The notes beneath the pieces were generated by a model. The model searched no databases, was not told the origin of the DNA, and worked only from the letters and a program-made list of their open reading frames with translations. Below, in pieces: positions 26,981 to 40,800 of a stretch of DNA of 64,000 bases (positions are counted from its first letter, which is position 1; each line of letters opens with the position of its first letter). Source of the DNA: Octopus vulgaris (Eukaryota); contig OX597816.1 in assembly GCA_951406725.2 (NCBI GenBank), positions 150,598,001 through 150,662,000 of the forward strand, given 5' to 3'. Both the position numbers and the translations under genes were made by a program.

Positions 26981-29094
26981 AGTGGCAAGCCATGAGTTGA
27001 GAATATATATGCATGCATATATTTAAACATGTATATATATTAGATGTAAAGATACATAAGTGATTCATCTAGGCATGGAAAAGTAAACATTAAAATGACA
27101 GTAATGATGATGGTGCTCATGATCATGGTGTTTAAGATTTATTGATCTTTCCTTCCTATCGCTTGGTCATGTTGATAACATCACAACCAGATTTTGCCAT
27201 TTCTCTTGGTCTTCTGCTGCCTTCTATGTGTTAACGAAATTGAGGCCTATCCACTCTCGATATTAACCCAGGCAATGACTGATCCAGTATGGGTTCTAGT
27301 CTGATTGTCATCATAATGAATGAACCTTGCGCAAGTTAGCTTGGTAGCACTTATTCCTCACCAAGCATATGTTTTGGCCCCAAACACTAGGCTGTTGGCC
27401 AGGACAGATTCCTCTGCCCTAGCTGGTGAAGCCTTACCTGGAGTCTTTCACTTGCTGTGTTAACACCATCTCTTGCTTGGTTTAACCCACCAGCTGAAGT
27501 TGGGTACCAGGGTGTGGTGCTAGGTGCCATCAAATGAGAGATTAGGAGTTGAATGAGGACCTGTGATACCAGCCCACTTGACCATCCCTGACAAAGTGCA
27601 ACTGCCAGACACCAAAGCTGTTACCTCTGTTCAGAGCCCCCTACACTGATTGTTGATGGTTCAAGCTATCTGAATAGTTTGAGCAGTCTGCAAAACTTCA
27701 AAGTCACTGTCAATAAAATTAGACTCCTCACATGTGTTGAGTTCTTTATTTAGTTAATGTTTATTGTTTTTATGAATTTAAAATGCTTATTTTTAGCTAT
27801 ACATCCACACATACACACATGTGCACACTCGCATGCACACATACACACACACAAATTCATGATCATTATAAAGGGTTATTTTAAATTTGTATAACTTTAG
27901 TTCTATATGTATGGTAGAATTAATCTGTGAACAGGATAAGATAAACCACTTAAACATGCTGTTATAACTGGGGGAACCCATCCAACTATCTCCTTAATAC
28001 AACATTGTTTAGCTAATTCACGGCTATACTGTGCCAAAGTCCAACTGAATAGCAGATTGATACCAAACTCTTACATTACAACCAAGAAATAGCTTCAAGA
28101 CAGGAAACTACTCAGATAGACACTCATTAGTCAACCTGGAATAAAAAGCATTCTGCTATTTTTTCCAGCTACATATGGCTGCCATAATGATAGTAATCTT
28201 AAGATATTATTGCCCACCTTTGATTCTGTGCTCACTTGTAGAGCAACCTCAAATGCCAACTTAGCTTAACAAGTTACCACACTGTTCCAAGATAAAAAAA
28301 AAAAAATGTCCAAATATCTGCTCAAATATTACAAACAAAAAGAGTTAAGTTAATTAACTTAATGAACACAATAAATACCTAGGCAGTAAGCTAGAATTCC
28401 CCACTGATGCACCACTATTGAATCTCTATTCTAACACTTTCATTTCTCTCTTTTCCTTAATTTAACCATTCTCCATTTCTATTCTCATTTACTTTCTCAA
28501 TTTCCTCCACCTTCCAGTTCTCCCCTTCACTCAGCTCATGTCTCTCCACAAGAATAAGACTATACATTTCTCCCCCTACTTATAGTTGTGATTAACCAAT
28601 TTTTTTTTTCAGATCAATTAAAATTGAAGATGAACTGATTTGTTTTTTTTTTTTTTTTTCTTGATGTATTATTGATAATGAATCAGTCATTGTTGAGTAA
28701 AACAGAAGATACCTCATCATATCATGCTTGCAGCTTCATGTTTCTGAGGTCAGATCCAAATTTAGGTTTTTATCTCTTCAGGTACTATTAAAAAGAAATG
28801 TACCATCAAATATGAGGTGTGAATTTTTTTATTTTTTCAAAAGGCAAAATAATCTTTTATTTTATTTAATTATGTGATCTGAAATTACAGTAGTGGTTTA
28901 TGGGCATTCACTCTATCAGTTTTTGCTGCAGGTCTTTGATATTCTTCAAGTAGAATGTGTTATCAAGTGTGCACTTGGCTACCATTTCCTACTTTTTGCT
29001 TAGAATCTTGTACTAAGCTATCACTTCTACACACATGTAGTTCTTTAGATTGTTTTTTAACCATCAGTACCAAGATCATTCTAGAACACTGCAC

Positions 29095-29145
29095 ACACAT
29101 GCACATATACATATATATCTATGTGTACATATGTATGTATGTATG

Positions 29146-29192
<47 letters not shown>

Positions 29193-29203
29193 ACATATGT
29201 ATG

Positions 29204-29234
<31 letters not shown>

Positions 29235-29245
29235 ACATATGTATG

Positions 29246-29280
<35 letters not shown>

Positions 29281-29305
29281 CTTTACATATGTATGTATAT
29301 ATGTA
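29095..29305. repeat. Higher-order (TA)/(TG) microsatellite
   Basis: Unit GTGTACATATGTATGTATATATA... recurs about 4 times. Confidence 0.9.
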
Positions 29306-30035
29306 TAGGATCGTGCATACATACAGTGTATGCATGCAGGTTCCTATCAATAACACTACAGACTCATAACTAATAATCTTCTCCTCCCACTGTCATCTAT
29401 TATCATTAACAATATGCTTTCACACACAATGCTCTCTCTTTCTCTTAGTCACCATATGCACACATGTGCACATATGCATGCCCCACACACACACACACAC
29501 ACATACATGTACACCACCAACTTGCTTACTCCTGATCTTGTACGTGTGTGTGTGTGTATGTGTGCGCATGCCGATGCATGTCAGTGTGTCTGTAGGGGGT
29601 GGGGGTTGTACTTTTGTAAGATTATTTCCTATTTCAAAACATAAAAGCATTTTAAAAAATATTCCATGTCCTTCTTGTGTCAAACTTAATTGCTTTTCAA
29701 TGATTTAACAAGAAAATACAATGAGCATACAAACAATAAGGAAACAAATAGAATTTTGAAAAGCAATAAAGATAAAATATGCAATTTTTTTTTTTTAATT
29801 AATTGTTCCTCCTCCTTATCAATCACTCAACCATCTACCTTTTCTAACGAATTATTCTTCTTCCTTTGTGTTTCCTTCTGAAATGGTAATCTATTATTTT
29901 TTTGTTTTTGTTATTTTTGTATTTTAGTTTTCTTGTAATTGTGTATATGCATGTGTGTGGGGGGAGGGGACTGGATTCATGCTCACAGGTTTCATTGTAC
30001 AAACAAGAAAACTAGAACTCAACATGCTAAGTAGA

Positions 30036-30088
<53 letters not shown>

Positions 30089-30231
30089 TTTACTCTTTAT
30101 TCATATTAGGTTTGATAAGTGCCATACACAAAACTCTTAGGCCTTAATTCACTTATGTAGCTTTAAAACTGACATATATATATGTATATATGTATGTATG
30201 CATATATGTACACATATATTTGTGTGTGTGT

Positions 30232-30660
30232 ATAGAAATAATACCTTTCTAAATCTCTCCGAGAGATTTATACAGTAGCAGCATGATAGAGTGATGGTAT
30301 GTTGTCAACTTAATATGAGTCTCATGAAAGGGAAGAATGCTACTGTTATTTGGCCCTAGGAAATGCCATTTCCTGTTGGCCTTGACACATTTCCTGTGTC
30401 CATATGTTTTCAAAGGCAAATAGGCATCAACAGCTCGCAAGCCATCCTACTCCAGACTGATGATGAGCAATGACTCTGAAATTAGTCTCTGGATGCTGGC
30501 TTTGCTGGGTGGAGGTGCTTATCTCCCCCTTGAAAACATAAGGATACAGGAAATGTGTCAAGGCCAACAGGAAATGGTGTTTCCTAGGGCTAAATAACAG
30601 TAACCTTCTTCCCTTTCATGGGACTATCACGTTAAGTTGACAACATACCATCACTTTATA
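30232..30660 (+). mobile_element. Non-coding fold-back element, probably Penelope pLTR-derived
   Basis: Inverted arms of about 130-140 bp at 30286-30428 and 30514-30659, with a hammerhead-like motif in the loop and microsatellite flanks. Confidence 0.75.
30451..30493 (+). ncRNA. Minimal type I hammerhead ribozyme motif
   Basis: TCCAGA-CTGATGA-tGAGcaatgaCTCt-GAAA-ttag-TC-TCTGGA: 6 bp stem I, intact core, 3 bp stem II, vestigial stem III and a GUC cleavage triplet. Activity is unknown. Confidence 0.72.
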
Positions 30661-30697
30661 TATATTTGTATATATATATATATATATATATAGATAT

Positions 30698-31078
30698 AGG
30701 TGCTGGTAAGAAGCTTGCTTTCTCGCAACATGGTTCCAGATTCAATCCCATTGCATGGTACTTTGGACAAGTGTCTTCTATTATAGCTTCTGCCCAACCC
30801 AAGCCTTATGTGTGGATTTGGTAGGCAAAAACTGAAAGAGGCCTACTGTATATATACATGCGTGTGTGTCTGTGTCTTTCCACCACCACCACTTGATAAT
30901 TGGTGGTGGTCTGTTTTGAATCCCCATAACTTAGTGATTTGGCAAAAGGGACCAATAGATTAAATACCAGGCTTACAAAAAATAAATACTGGGATCAATT
31001 CATTCAACTAAAAATCCTTCAAGACAGTGCCCCAGCATGGCCACTGTCTAATGGCTGAAACAAATAAAAGATAAAAGA
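30698..31078 (+). mobile_element. CORE-like SINE, near full length with (GATAAAA) tail
   Basis: Head homologous to 9905. The 3' end GTGCCCCAGCATGGCCAC...AAATAAAAGATAAAAGA is shared with 45775-46172. Confidence 0.8.
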
Positions 31079-31509
31079 TGTGTGTGTGTAAATAGCCACA
31101 TGAGTTCTTGTTCAAAAATACTACCCTTCTAGATGGGGCGGAAGATCACTTCTTACTCATATGTTCTATTCTTGGCATGTTTTCTATGGCTAGATGCTCT
31201 TAATATCAGCCACTTCACAGAGTGTAATGGGCATATTTTATCATGGTACCAACACTAGGGAAATCCTCATGCCCACAGCCAAACTTAAAAAGTTATTTCA
31301 GTTTTTATATGTCCAAGCTATTATCATCATCATTCTTGATCATTAGGTGTAGACATAGCTGTGTGATTAAGGAGGTTGCTTCACAAACATGACTTTGGGG
31401 TCAACACCTTAGGAAAGTCTCTTACCATAGCCCTTGGTCAACCAATACCTTGTGAGTGAATTTGATAGAAGGAACCTGTGCAGAACCCCATCAATACATG
31501 TGGGCTATT

Positions 31510-31513
<4 letters not shown>

Positions 31514-31599
<86 letters not shown>

Positions 31600-31635
31600 T
31601 AGACAGATAGACAGACAGACAGACATGTGTATACA

Positions 31636-31668
<33 letters not shown>
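31514..31668. repeat. (GATA)n/(GACA)n/(GA)n microsatellite
   Basis: Direct reading. Confidence 0.95.
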
Positions 31669-32407
31669 ACATATCCACAAGCCCATTCAGAAAATCAGTT
31701 TTCTTATTCTCAATCTTTCCACAGATAAAATTGCAAAGATATACACTAAACAAGCAACCTACATAACATGCATGTAATTATTTTTGTATTGTTTTTCAAA
31801 ATTTTAAATCAATTTCTTCAATATTTATTGAAAGTATTCCTGTCCTATCACTCACACACTCATGCATACACAGACACACACTGAACACTTTAAAATGTAA
31901 ATTAATACCTCCTAATATATCTCATGCTTCATTTATTGTTGTTATTTAATCTCCTTATATGCATTACGGCTGGTTTCTACATTGTTCAGCATTATTGTGT
32001 ATAATAATGAAAGCTTTCTTCTTTAATTTTGTTAATTGTTTGCTCTTTGTTTTGGTGTATTTTAGATATTGTTTTTTTTTTCCATGAAGTGCATGGAAAG
32101 AAAGCATATTGCTGCATGATGGTGAGATTAGAGCATTGAATGTAGGAGGTCTTATGAGGCTGTATGTGAGCTAAGAGTACAGCTGATTATCAAAGGCCTC
32201 CACTAATGTGTGTATAAGACATGATTGTGCTAGTATGGATATGTGATGTGAATGGATGATGAAAGTTGGAGGGGGAAATGTCAGCTGCTGACAGTGGCAG
32301 ATATCTTTAGTATCTTTGATAGACTACAAAAGACAAAGCAAGGAAAGTGATAAGGTTTTTAAGGTATTGAATTTTACATGCAAACTGACAAATGATGAAG
32401 ATGAATG

Positions 32408-33870
32408 ACATCATTATCATCATTTTTTAACATTCATTTTCAATGTTAGCACAAGTAGGACAATTCAGCAGGATTTAATGGATCCAATGACTACATCATG
32501 CCACAGTGTCTGCTTTGCCATAGTTTCTACTGGTGGACGCCCTTCCTAATACCAACTACTATACAAAGTGTACTGGATGCTTTTTTTCATGGCACCAGCA
32601 CTAGTGTAGTTACCATGCACTTTACAAGACCAAGATACACTTTAACTGAGTGGAGCTACAGTAGAAAGGGATGTGACTTTATGTGAAGAGATAAGTTAAA
32701 ATATGAAAGGGGCCAAAATAGGTTTCTTGTTGTGGAAGAGCTACATAGTTACGTTATAAAAGAGTAGATGAGAGTAACTGGAGTGGATCTGGAAAGAGAG
32801 AGGAAAAGTGTGATGAAGTGTTAGGAGGAACCCTCAATGTCCAAGATGAGTTGATGTGAATGGGGACAGAATAATAGGGTGTGTAATAGAAGAATAGGTA
32901 GGTATATAACACAAGAGTGTATGATGAGAGAAGGGATACTTAAAGATGGAGAATGAGTAAGGGATGAATATAATGGATGAAGAACAAGACTTGAGAGAGG
33001 GTATGTTGGAGGGAAGATGCAAAAGAGTAGGTGATGACTGTAGAGATTGTGTATGGTTGAAGATTGGCTGTAGTGAATGGTGGTCAAAGGTGAAGAGGTG
33101 ATCAATGATACGTGAGAGATGAAAGATGAGAGAGTGGGTGATGACTGACACTACAGAAGAAGGTGAGGAGAAGCAGAATAGTATTAATAAAATAGTAGAA
33201 AAAAGGAGGACGAGAGAAAAGGAGATGATATGTAGGAAGGTATGTTGCAAGAGTGTTGGGGTAAAGGTAATCATAGTGTATGAGGTGGTGATAGATAAGG
33301 AGAGATAATTTGGTAGCACAAAAGGTGCAAAAGGATACTAAAATGTGAGTGGAGAGGTTGCTTTGTCCCCTGCAAGACAAAAGAGTCTTCATTAATCTAT
33401 GTTGTCTCCATTTGTTCAAGGCACAAACAAGAAAGTGAATAGAAGAGAGAGTGATGACAGAACAGTACACTTGATTTCTTTTGTATCCAGCTTTTCTCTC
33501 TGCTCTCATGCTTCTTGCACACTAATATTACACATGCAGCAGTGCAGCAGAGCATAATCTCTTAATTTCTTTCTATCTTTTTATGAATCTTCTACTTTCA
33601 ATGTCCATGTCTCATTACTATGTAGCATTGCAGGTTACATGCAAGCATCATGCAATCTGTCCTTCCCTCTGTGAGAGAAACCTTTTGCTATTAGCAGAGA
33701 TAGCAGCTTCCTGAACTTTTTTCACTCTGTTCTTAGTCAAGCTTTTGGAACTCCTTCCTCCAATGCTAATTAGGTCTCCTTGATGACAAAAGCTGCCAAC
33801 TACTTCTTGTAGCCATCCAAGCATTTTTGTATGAATTGTTGGACCATGCAGTTTTAGACCAAATTGTCAT
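32408..33870 (-). mobile_element. Old RTE LINE 3' fragment with purine-rich block
   Basis: Degenerate tail at 32408-32620. Region 33480-33860 resembles 4400-4830. Confidence 0.65.
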
Positions 33871-33984
33871 TCTTGCCATCCAGCGCTCTCTCTTCCTCTA
33901 ACTCTCTCTTTCTCTCTGTCTCTCCCTCCCTCTCACTTTCTTTCTTTCTTTCTTATATTCATCATTTTCTAATTGAGAATAGGA

Positions 33985-34528
33985 TCTTTTCTTTACAAAA
34001 TGTAATTACAGACTCCAACAGATTCTCAAAGTTATTCAAGATATTGCTGGTTGGCAGCTACTTCCTTTCTTCAATAAAATTTCTGAACTATCAGAGAATC
34101 CTTGCACTGAAGTGTATAAAATTAAAAATTTCACCGACAGATTTCATAACTTCTTCATACTTAAAGTCTGCCAGATGTTCATGAGGAAAAGAATGCAATG
34201 AACAGGGAGAAACTCTGGACAGCTAGGATCCCTCTTCATAAATGCTGTTAATCATGCATTTTCCCTACCATTGCAGGAGCTCCATTTGTTGCAACACTGA
34301 TAAGTTTATTTAGTGGAGCATCAACATTTAAGGTTCTTTCAAATGCATTTTTAATATCAGCACCATCAGCTGTATCTTTTAATGTTACTAAGTACAACAT
34401 CTCTTCTTTTGCAATTGCATCAAAAGAAATGTAGCAAACAAATACTGCCAGTAGTAGGTCGATTGCCAATAGCAGTATTTCTGTAGATTTGTTTAGAGAA
34501 TTCTTTAATGTTGAATATAAGAGAATCT
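33985..34528 (-). mobile_element. hAT (Charlie/Buster, GTF2IRD2-like) transposase fragment
   Basis: LAVFVCYISFDAIAKEEMLYLVTLKDTADGADIKNAF...LNKLISVATNGAPAMVGK matches the conserved TDGAPAMxG region. Confidence 0.88.
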
Positions 34529-34532
34529 TTAA

Positions 34533-34760
34533 CCCTTTAAACATTCAGATTATTATGTTAAACATAATACTTATTTATTCAAATTGTTTTGTATTAACTA
34601 TGCATTATCTCACAGCATTGAGATTTCGATGATGTAATAGTTTTATTCTTAGAATGACATTGTAGGGTATGTTGGAAAGATTGAATTTAGAAGTTTGAAC
34701 ATAAAACAGGTAGAATATTTTGGTTGGATTTGGCCAGTTTAAAATGTTAAAATGTTAAAG
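34533..34760. mobile_element. TTAA-targeting (piggyBac-type) MITE, right end degraded
   Basis: TTAA|CCCTTTAAACATTCAGATT..., homologous to 52074-52294. Confidence 0.7.
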
Positions 34761-36734
34761 TGTTTTTGCAACATAAGTACTGATCTGGGAGATAAGTATC
34801 TTTGTATGGAGTGAAACTGATGTTTGTGCTATCCAGTCAAAAGAAGTTTTATTCTATGGACTCCAAATACTATAATAACTCAAGCAATATTCTTTTTATC
34901 AAATTTGCCATCAGAATATGGGTGTTTAACCTAAGTAATATTCCATTTCAAAACAAGCTTCACCCATTGCGTAGGCTTCCTTACAGAACAGTATCAGCTG
35001 ACTATTTAGTGATGATTTTTTTTTAACACAGTTAACTTATTTTTTCTCAACCCTGATTCATTTAAGTAGACAAGAATACAAAAGTTTTATGATTTGCTTC
35101 ATTTCAGGTTACTGAGTGACTCAGGGTAGATAAATTTAATATAAAGGTTTACCTCCTTTGACAGTGAATATAAAACCATCCTTCTGCTTTACTTTAAAAT
35201 TTCTGTTCTCATCTTCATAATTTTATTGCTTACAATTTCATGATGCCAGTTTCTTTCACTAAAGTTTCACAGACACTTGTAAACAAAATCTGTGACTGAA
35301 GTGTACCAATTAGGTTCATAGCCACTAGGCTCAGTCATACATGTAATTTACAGCAAATCAAAGTACTTTCATATTTCACTATTTTATACTTTTGATCTTT
35401 TGAAGTAATTTTTCTATTTATTTATATCAATCCTTTCATAAATGTTTAGACATTATTTGAATAATTTTTTTATCATTTCTATTTTTCTTTGAAATATTTA
35501 ACAAAAATATGAGTGGGAGAGTAGGTTACAATTTATTTACCATTTGTTTAAGGGAGCTTTAACTGCTATGAGCAAACATATATATATGCTCTGTTGGTGG
35601 TGGTGGTGTTGGTAGTGGTCTTCTTGTGTGACTCCAGATCAGCCCTTTTCAGGCAAACTTCTGATCAAAGTTGTTCATTCCATGACCATCCTGACTTTTT
35701 CATAAGTGCAAGGAACTCAAGTTCACATTATCCAACAATTTCTTTTTCAAGAAATTTGAGGAAAATTTATAAAAAATTTTTTTAGCAAGTTTAACTATCT
35801 TGTAGATCTCTTATTAGTTCATACAAGCTCTATGGTTGTAATTTACTTGACAAGCTGAAACAGAAATGTAAAAAGAAAATTATGAAAAGCAAAATTTTCC
35901 AAAAGCAAAACTACTACATGTGGTGCGTAATGATTAATGTTAAATATAAATTTAAAATTCTAACTCCCTATAGCAGTTTTAACATAGCAAACCTGCTGAA
36001 TAGTTTGTTAGATTTATTTTTTCTTTTATATTGAACCAGAAGAACTGAAATTTAATATTAAATTTGAGATAGAATTTAGCCCCTGTAGCAATTTTAGTGT
36101 AACAAAACTGAATTAAAGAATACTTTTTTAATGTTTTGTATTACACTGTATTTATGTATATGACGTGAAGTTAAGTCTAGCCTAGATTGATTAAGTTACC
36201 TGAAACCAGTCCCTCTTCTTAGGTGCTCCCAAATCTTTACCACCATTCCCCACCCATCACATCAGTCCTCTGATATTTCACTGTAACCCTTGCTGACCTG
36301 ATTTTTAAAAGGTTTCTCTGCCTCTATCAAGAAAAATTCTTTCCATCAGCGGTACTAGCTGTTACTCACAAGTGAGTGTGACTTTGTAATGAGTACCATG
36401 CTTATGCTAATTCTTTTAGTGCCTATGTAGGTGCTGACATAGACACCTTCTTGCTTCTTTCACCCTTGAGCCAGGATGTGACAGCTGGAAGGAGAGAGGG
36501 CTGCACCAGCTGAATAGACTGGAGCAATATAAAATAATGTGCCTTGCTCAAAAACACAATATGCTGCCTGCTCCACAAATTGAACCAATGAACATAAGAT
36601 CATGAGGTCAGAACCCTAAGCATTATGTCACATGTCCTCTGTGCTGAAGAGCAAAATGTCACTGGGATCTAACACTGAAATTAGGATTTAAATTTCTGAA
36701 ATATTTTTTGTAACTATGAATATTAAACTTAATC

Positions 36735-37020
36735 CTATGTTGGCATGAGTTCAATAGTTTGACAGAATTCAGTGGGTCAATGTTTGTTTTGGTATGGTTT
36801 CTGGATGCCTTTCCTAAGCCAAACCACTTTACAGAGTGTACTGGGTACTTTTTTCATGGTACCAGCACTAGTGAGGCCACTATGCAGCTTGCAAGACTAA
36901 GATCCTCTTCGGATGAGTGGGACTACAGTAGAGAAAGAGATGGTTTTATACTAAGAGATGATAAGTCAAAGTATGAAGAAGAACAGAACAGGTTTCTTGC
37001 TGTAGAGGAGCTGCATTATA
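36735..37020 (-). mobile_element. Degenerate RTE 3' tail
   Basis: CTGGATGCCTTTCCTAAGCCAAACCACTTTACAGAGTGTACTGG matches 3590-3640. Confidence 0.7.
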
Positions 37021-38025
37021 GAAAATTGGATGGGAGTAACTGGAATATACCCAGTAAATAATTATAATGCTTGAATATTTTTTTTTTATTTGCCAGGATA
37101 AAAAAAACAACAGACGCTCAATCAACTTATTTTTCACAAGACATACATTGTCTAAGAGGTACTTGTAGCTCATTTACTACATTTTTGACCAACCTGTAAC
37201 AGTCAGAACATGATGCAACAACTTGGTTTGGCATTTTGTTCTTGTTTTAAGTGGTGGCTGCAACAGAAACGGACAAGATAGAATTAATTTCTATTTAATT
37301 TTTTACCACTGAAACATGAAACCCTTACAAGCTTTTGCATTTCAGTTCTATTTATATATATATATATATATATAATGGGTTTCTGTGCAGTTTTCAACTC
37401 CCATTTTTTTTTTACAAGCTATTAGCTACTCATGTACAAAGTCCCAATATATTAGTTATGAGGTTAAGGTGACCATAACCATAACCTAATAATAAATGTA
37501 CATAGATTGATTGTTCAATTTATATTTTGGTATTGATTGTTCAATGCAGTTTCTAGTACTATCTCAGACAACTGTGCACAGAATTTGAAGCTAAAATCAC
37601 TAGTTATTATTTAACCCCAAGCCAGACTTGATTCAACAGAGCTATGATTAAGGGCATTTCAGCCATGACCATCCCATCTTTTTTGTATTTTGTATTTCTT
37701 GGACTATTGTGTCTTTTGTTTTTAAGATGGCAGGATGTTATTGAAAGGGGTAATTCAGCTGCTATTTCTAGCAGGTTGAGGAACTATGTAAATGATTTCT
37801 TATGAGATTTGTCCCTCTTTGTATCAGGATTAGCAGTATTTTTTAAATGTTTTTGAAATACCATGCTGTTAAGTTATTGATGATTAGCAAAATGTCAGCT
37901 CTGATGAAGTACACCTCTGATCACAATTCTTTTTCTGTTTGTTAAAGAAGTCATTATTCAGTGTCTCCATTTGCTTTTAAGCTGGTTAAGGTGTGATTTG
38001 AGAAAGATTTGACTGTAGAGTTTAA

Positions 38026-38244
38026 CCCTTTCGTTACTGTATTTCTGTTGAGATGCTCTGTGTTTCTTCCAATTACTTTAAGTATAACAAAGAATTTAGT
38101 AAAATAACTTTGTTATCATTCAGCTATTGTTAGGAATATAAATTGTGACTAAGATTGGTGGAAGATTTTAATTCAAAACTTATGAAGACAAGACATTTGT
38201 ATTCAAAGCCAGAGCCGGTTTCAGCCGGGTTGGTAATGAAAGGG
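38026..38244. mobile_element. piggyBac-type MITE, second family
   Basis: TTAA|CCCTTTCGTTAC...GTAATGAAAGGG|TTAA: terminal inverted repeats and TTAA duplication. Confidence 0.85.
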
Positions 38245-38379
38245 TTAAATATATGTGGATAATTTGACATGTAATGGTAAAAAATTGTTTAGGTTGTAGT
38301 GGGTGACAACTGTTATATGTGCGCCCTCTCATATCTAGATGGTCTTTCATTAATTTCACTTTCTTTGTAATAACAGTTG

Positions 38380-39870
38380 CCAACTTCCTTAAGGCTGTTC
38401 ACCCTAGGTGTCATTCATGAAATCATTAGCAAATTTTTTGCCCTCCTTTAAGACAGAACAAAGTTTCTTATGCCTCTAGTAACTTTTAATGAATTTTAGC
38501 ATCCAGTCGTCAGTTGTTTCATGATATTTGGCCAGTTCAAATATGGTGATTTTGTAAAAAAGTTCGAACTGGATCAAGCCTTGCCCTCCTTGTGCACTGG
38601 AAAGATAAAGACGATTCATGTCTGCCTTTGGGTGCTGCATATTTTTACAAGCCAGTAGCTTACAAATTTTTTTTATCAATTTTCTTTGTTTCACTGATAT
38701 TCCTATTCAACACATTGAAGCTATAAGTAACAACTGGAACTGCTAAGGAATTTATGGCTAACGCCTTGTTATGTACATTTAGCTCAGATTTCAGAACTGC
38801 CTGAACTCTCCTGTAATGAATTTTATAGAAGAGTTCTCTTTCATTCTTACCTGCTGAATGCCAAAGCATTCATTTAATTCTAGGTATTTATAAGTTTATT
38901 CCTGCTCAAGTTCTTTTATAATTATGTCAACATTTGCCGGGTCTTCGGATGGTGACTAGTCTTGCACCATCCGAAGACCCGGCAAGACTAGTCAGGCCAT
39001 AACCCGTGGCCCCTACCTGGGACGTAGTCAGTCCACCTGTGCATACCTTCCTTCTTGTGACACTTGTGAAGACCTGTTGAGGCAAGTGAAAATCAAAACA
39101 AATCAAAATAGATGAACATCAATGGAATTTGTATCTTTGTGGTACCAGTGCTGGTGGCACACAAGAAAATCATCCGAACGTGGCCGTAGCCAGTACCGCA
39201 TAGACTGGCCTCCGTGCTTTGGACCGTCTGCCACCCACTACACTCTCGGAGTGGTTGGCGTTAGGAAGGGCATCCAGCTGTAGAAACACTGCCAGATCTG
39301 ACTGGCCTGGTGCAGCCTTCGGGTGCCCCAGACCCCAGTTGAACCGTCCAACCCATGCTAGCATGGAAAACGGACGCTAAATGATGATGATGATGATGAT
39401 GATAACATGACTAAATTTGAAGTTTTCAGTTTCTCTTTCTGGATAGTGGCCCTGGCTCACTTATCATGACCAAACTCCATCTCAGTGTTATCACTGAATG
39501 CTTTCACAGTACATAATAGGCCCGCAAGCTCATAATTGTCTTTTACTATAGAGTTTTTAAGTCATTCACATAAAATAGATGGACTATTATTGTTGTCAAT
39601 TTTATACCCATACCCTGTTCTGCTAAGTTCACTTGTAAGGGGTATTAGAGCTGAGCAAAAAATTAGAAATGAAAGTGAGTCACCTTAGAAAATTCCACAT
39701 TTGATGATAATATTGTTTGAAGCTAGTATTCTATTATAATGATATTATTGGAGACACATATTCCACAATGACATGCTATGCTTCAGAAAGTTTAAAATCA
39801 CATGAGAAATTTTGAAGATGTCTAGCAATTTCAGGATCCGTGAATGCAGTATGCTGTCAAAGGCCTTTAT
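38380..39870 (-). mobile_element. R4/Dong-like RT fragment interrupted by a young RTE insertion
   Basis: YRRVQAVLKSELNVHNKALAINSLAVPVVTYSF and HPKADMNRLYLSSAQGGQGL motifs. Degenerate RT core at 39410-39870. Confidence 0.85.
38934..39402 (+). mobile_element. Young 5'-truncated RTE 3' UTR insertion
   Basis: CpG-rich, ends CCCATGCTAGCATGGAAAACGGACGCTAAAT(GAT)n. Possible short TSD AACAT. Confidence 0.88.
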
Positions 39871-40612
39871 TATTATTGTTTCTTTTTATCTCGGGTTTTG
39901 TTGTAACTCCTGGAGTCTTGCATGCATGATGTCTTCTGTTACTGTCCCCAAGGAACCAACAATAATTGACACTAACTTCACCATTATTATCATTATATCA
40001 TCTCTGTATCACAGGTCTTGTTGGAGCTCCTGGAGTCTTGCATGCATAGCGGGCTTACTACCTGCAGTCTACAGTACCATGCTATTCATTATTTTCAGCT
40101 ACCTTTCTGGTTATTCTAGCCGTGCCAAGGAGACAAACCTTTTGTAACAGTTCTACTGGGCACTCTATTCCAATTTTCCTTATATTCCTCTTGATGCCTT
40201 TTGATACTGTTCCCAAGGACCCAACAATAATTGACATTATCTTCGCCTTCATTTTCCATAGCTGGCTATTTCATACTTAAGAGGACATGTATCTCTCTAT
40301 CTTTTTGCCTTCCTTCTTCACTATTCATAGGTCAAAAGGGCATGCAATGTCAACTATATAGTACATGTAGTGTACCTTGTCTACCACTACTAGGTCCAAT
40401 CTGTTATGCTCTAGCACCTGACTTGTTTGGATTGGGAAATCCCAGAAGATTTTACTAGTCTCCGACACTGCTACTCTCTGTGGTTTGTGCTCATACCACA
40501 TCTTGCCTCTCTCTAGCCCCCCACTTTTCACTGTTTCCAATGTAGCACTTTCACTACCTGATTGTGTTGCCACAACTTGCAATGGTTTGGGGCAAGTCTA
40601 GGGCATTCATTC
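39870..40612 (-). mobile_element. R4/Dong-like endonuclease-domain fragment
   Basis: KMWYEHKPQRVAVSETSKIFWDFPIQTSQVLEHNRLDLVVVDK...IVDIACPFD is the RLE signature. Confidence 0.88.
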
Positions 40613-40800
40613 ATAATTATCACTATTATTCTTATTATTATTATTCCGGACAATAGGCATAAGTTAAAATAATAAGATAAGAACAGTAATAAATGAGTGA
40701 AGAAAAAATATATAGTGCGTGTGTTTATTTGGCAGAAAAAAGTAAATAAAATAAAATGACCATCCCGAAATACAACAACAACATTATTATCATTATTATT

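Noticed and set aside
27130-27720. Possible RTE-derived bipartite element
   Set aside because: Only a faint resemblance to RTE ends and no second copy in the window.
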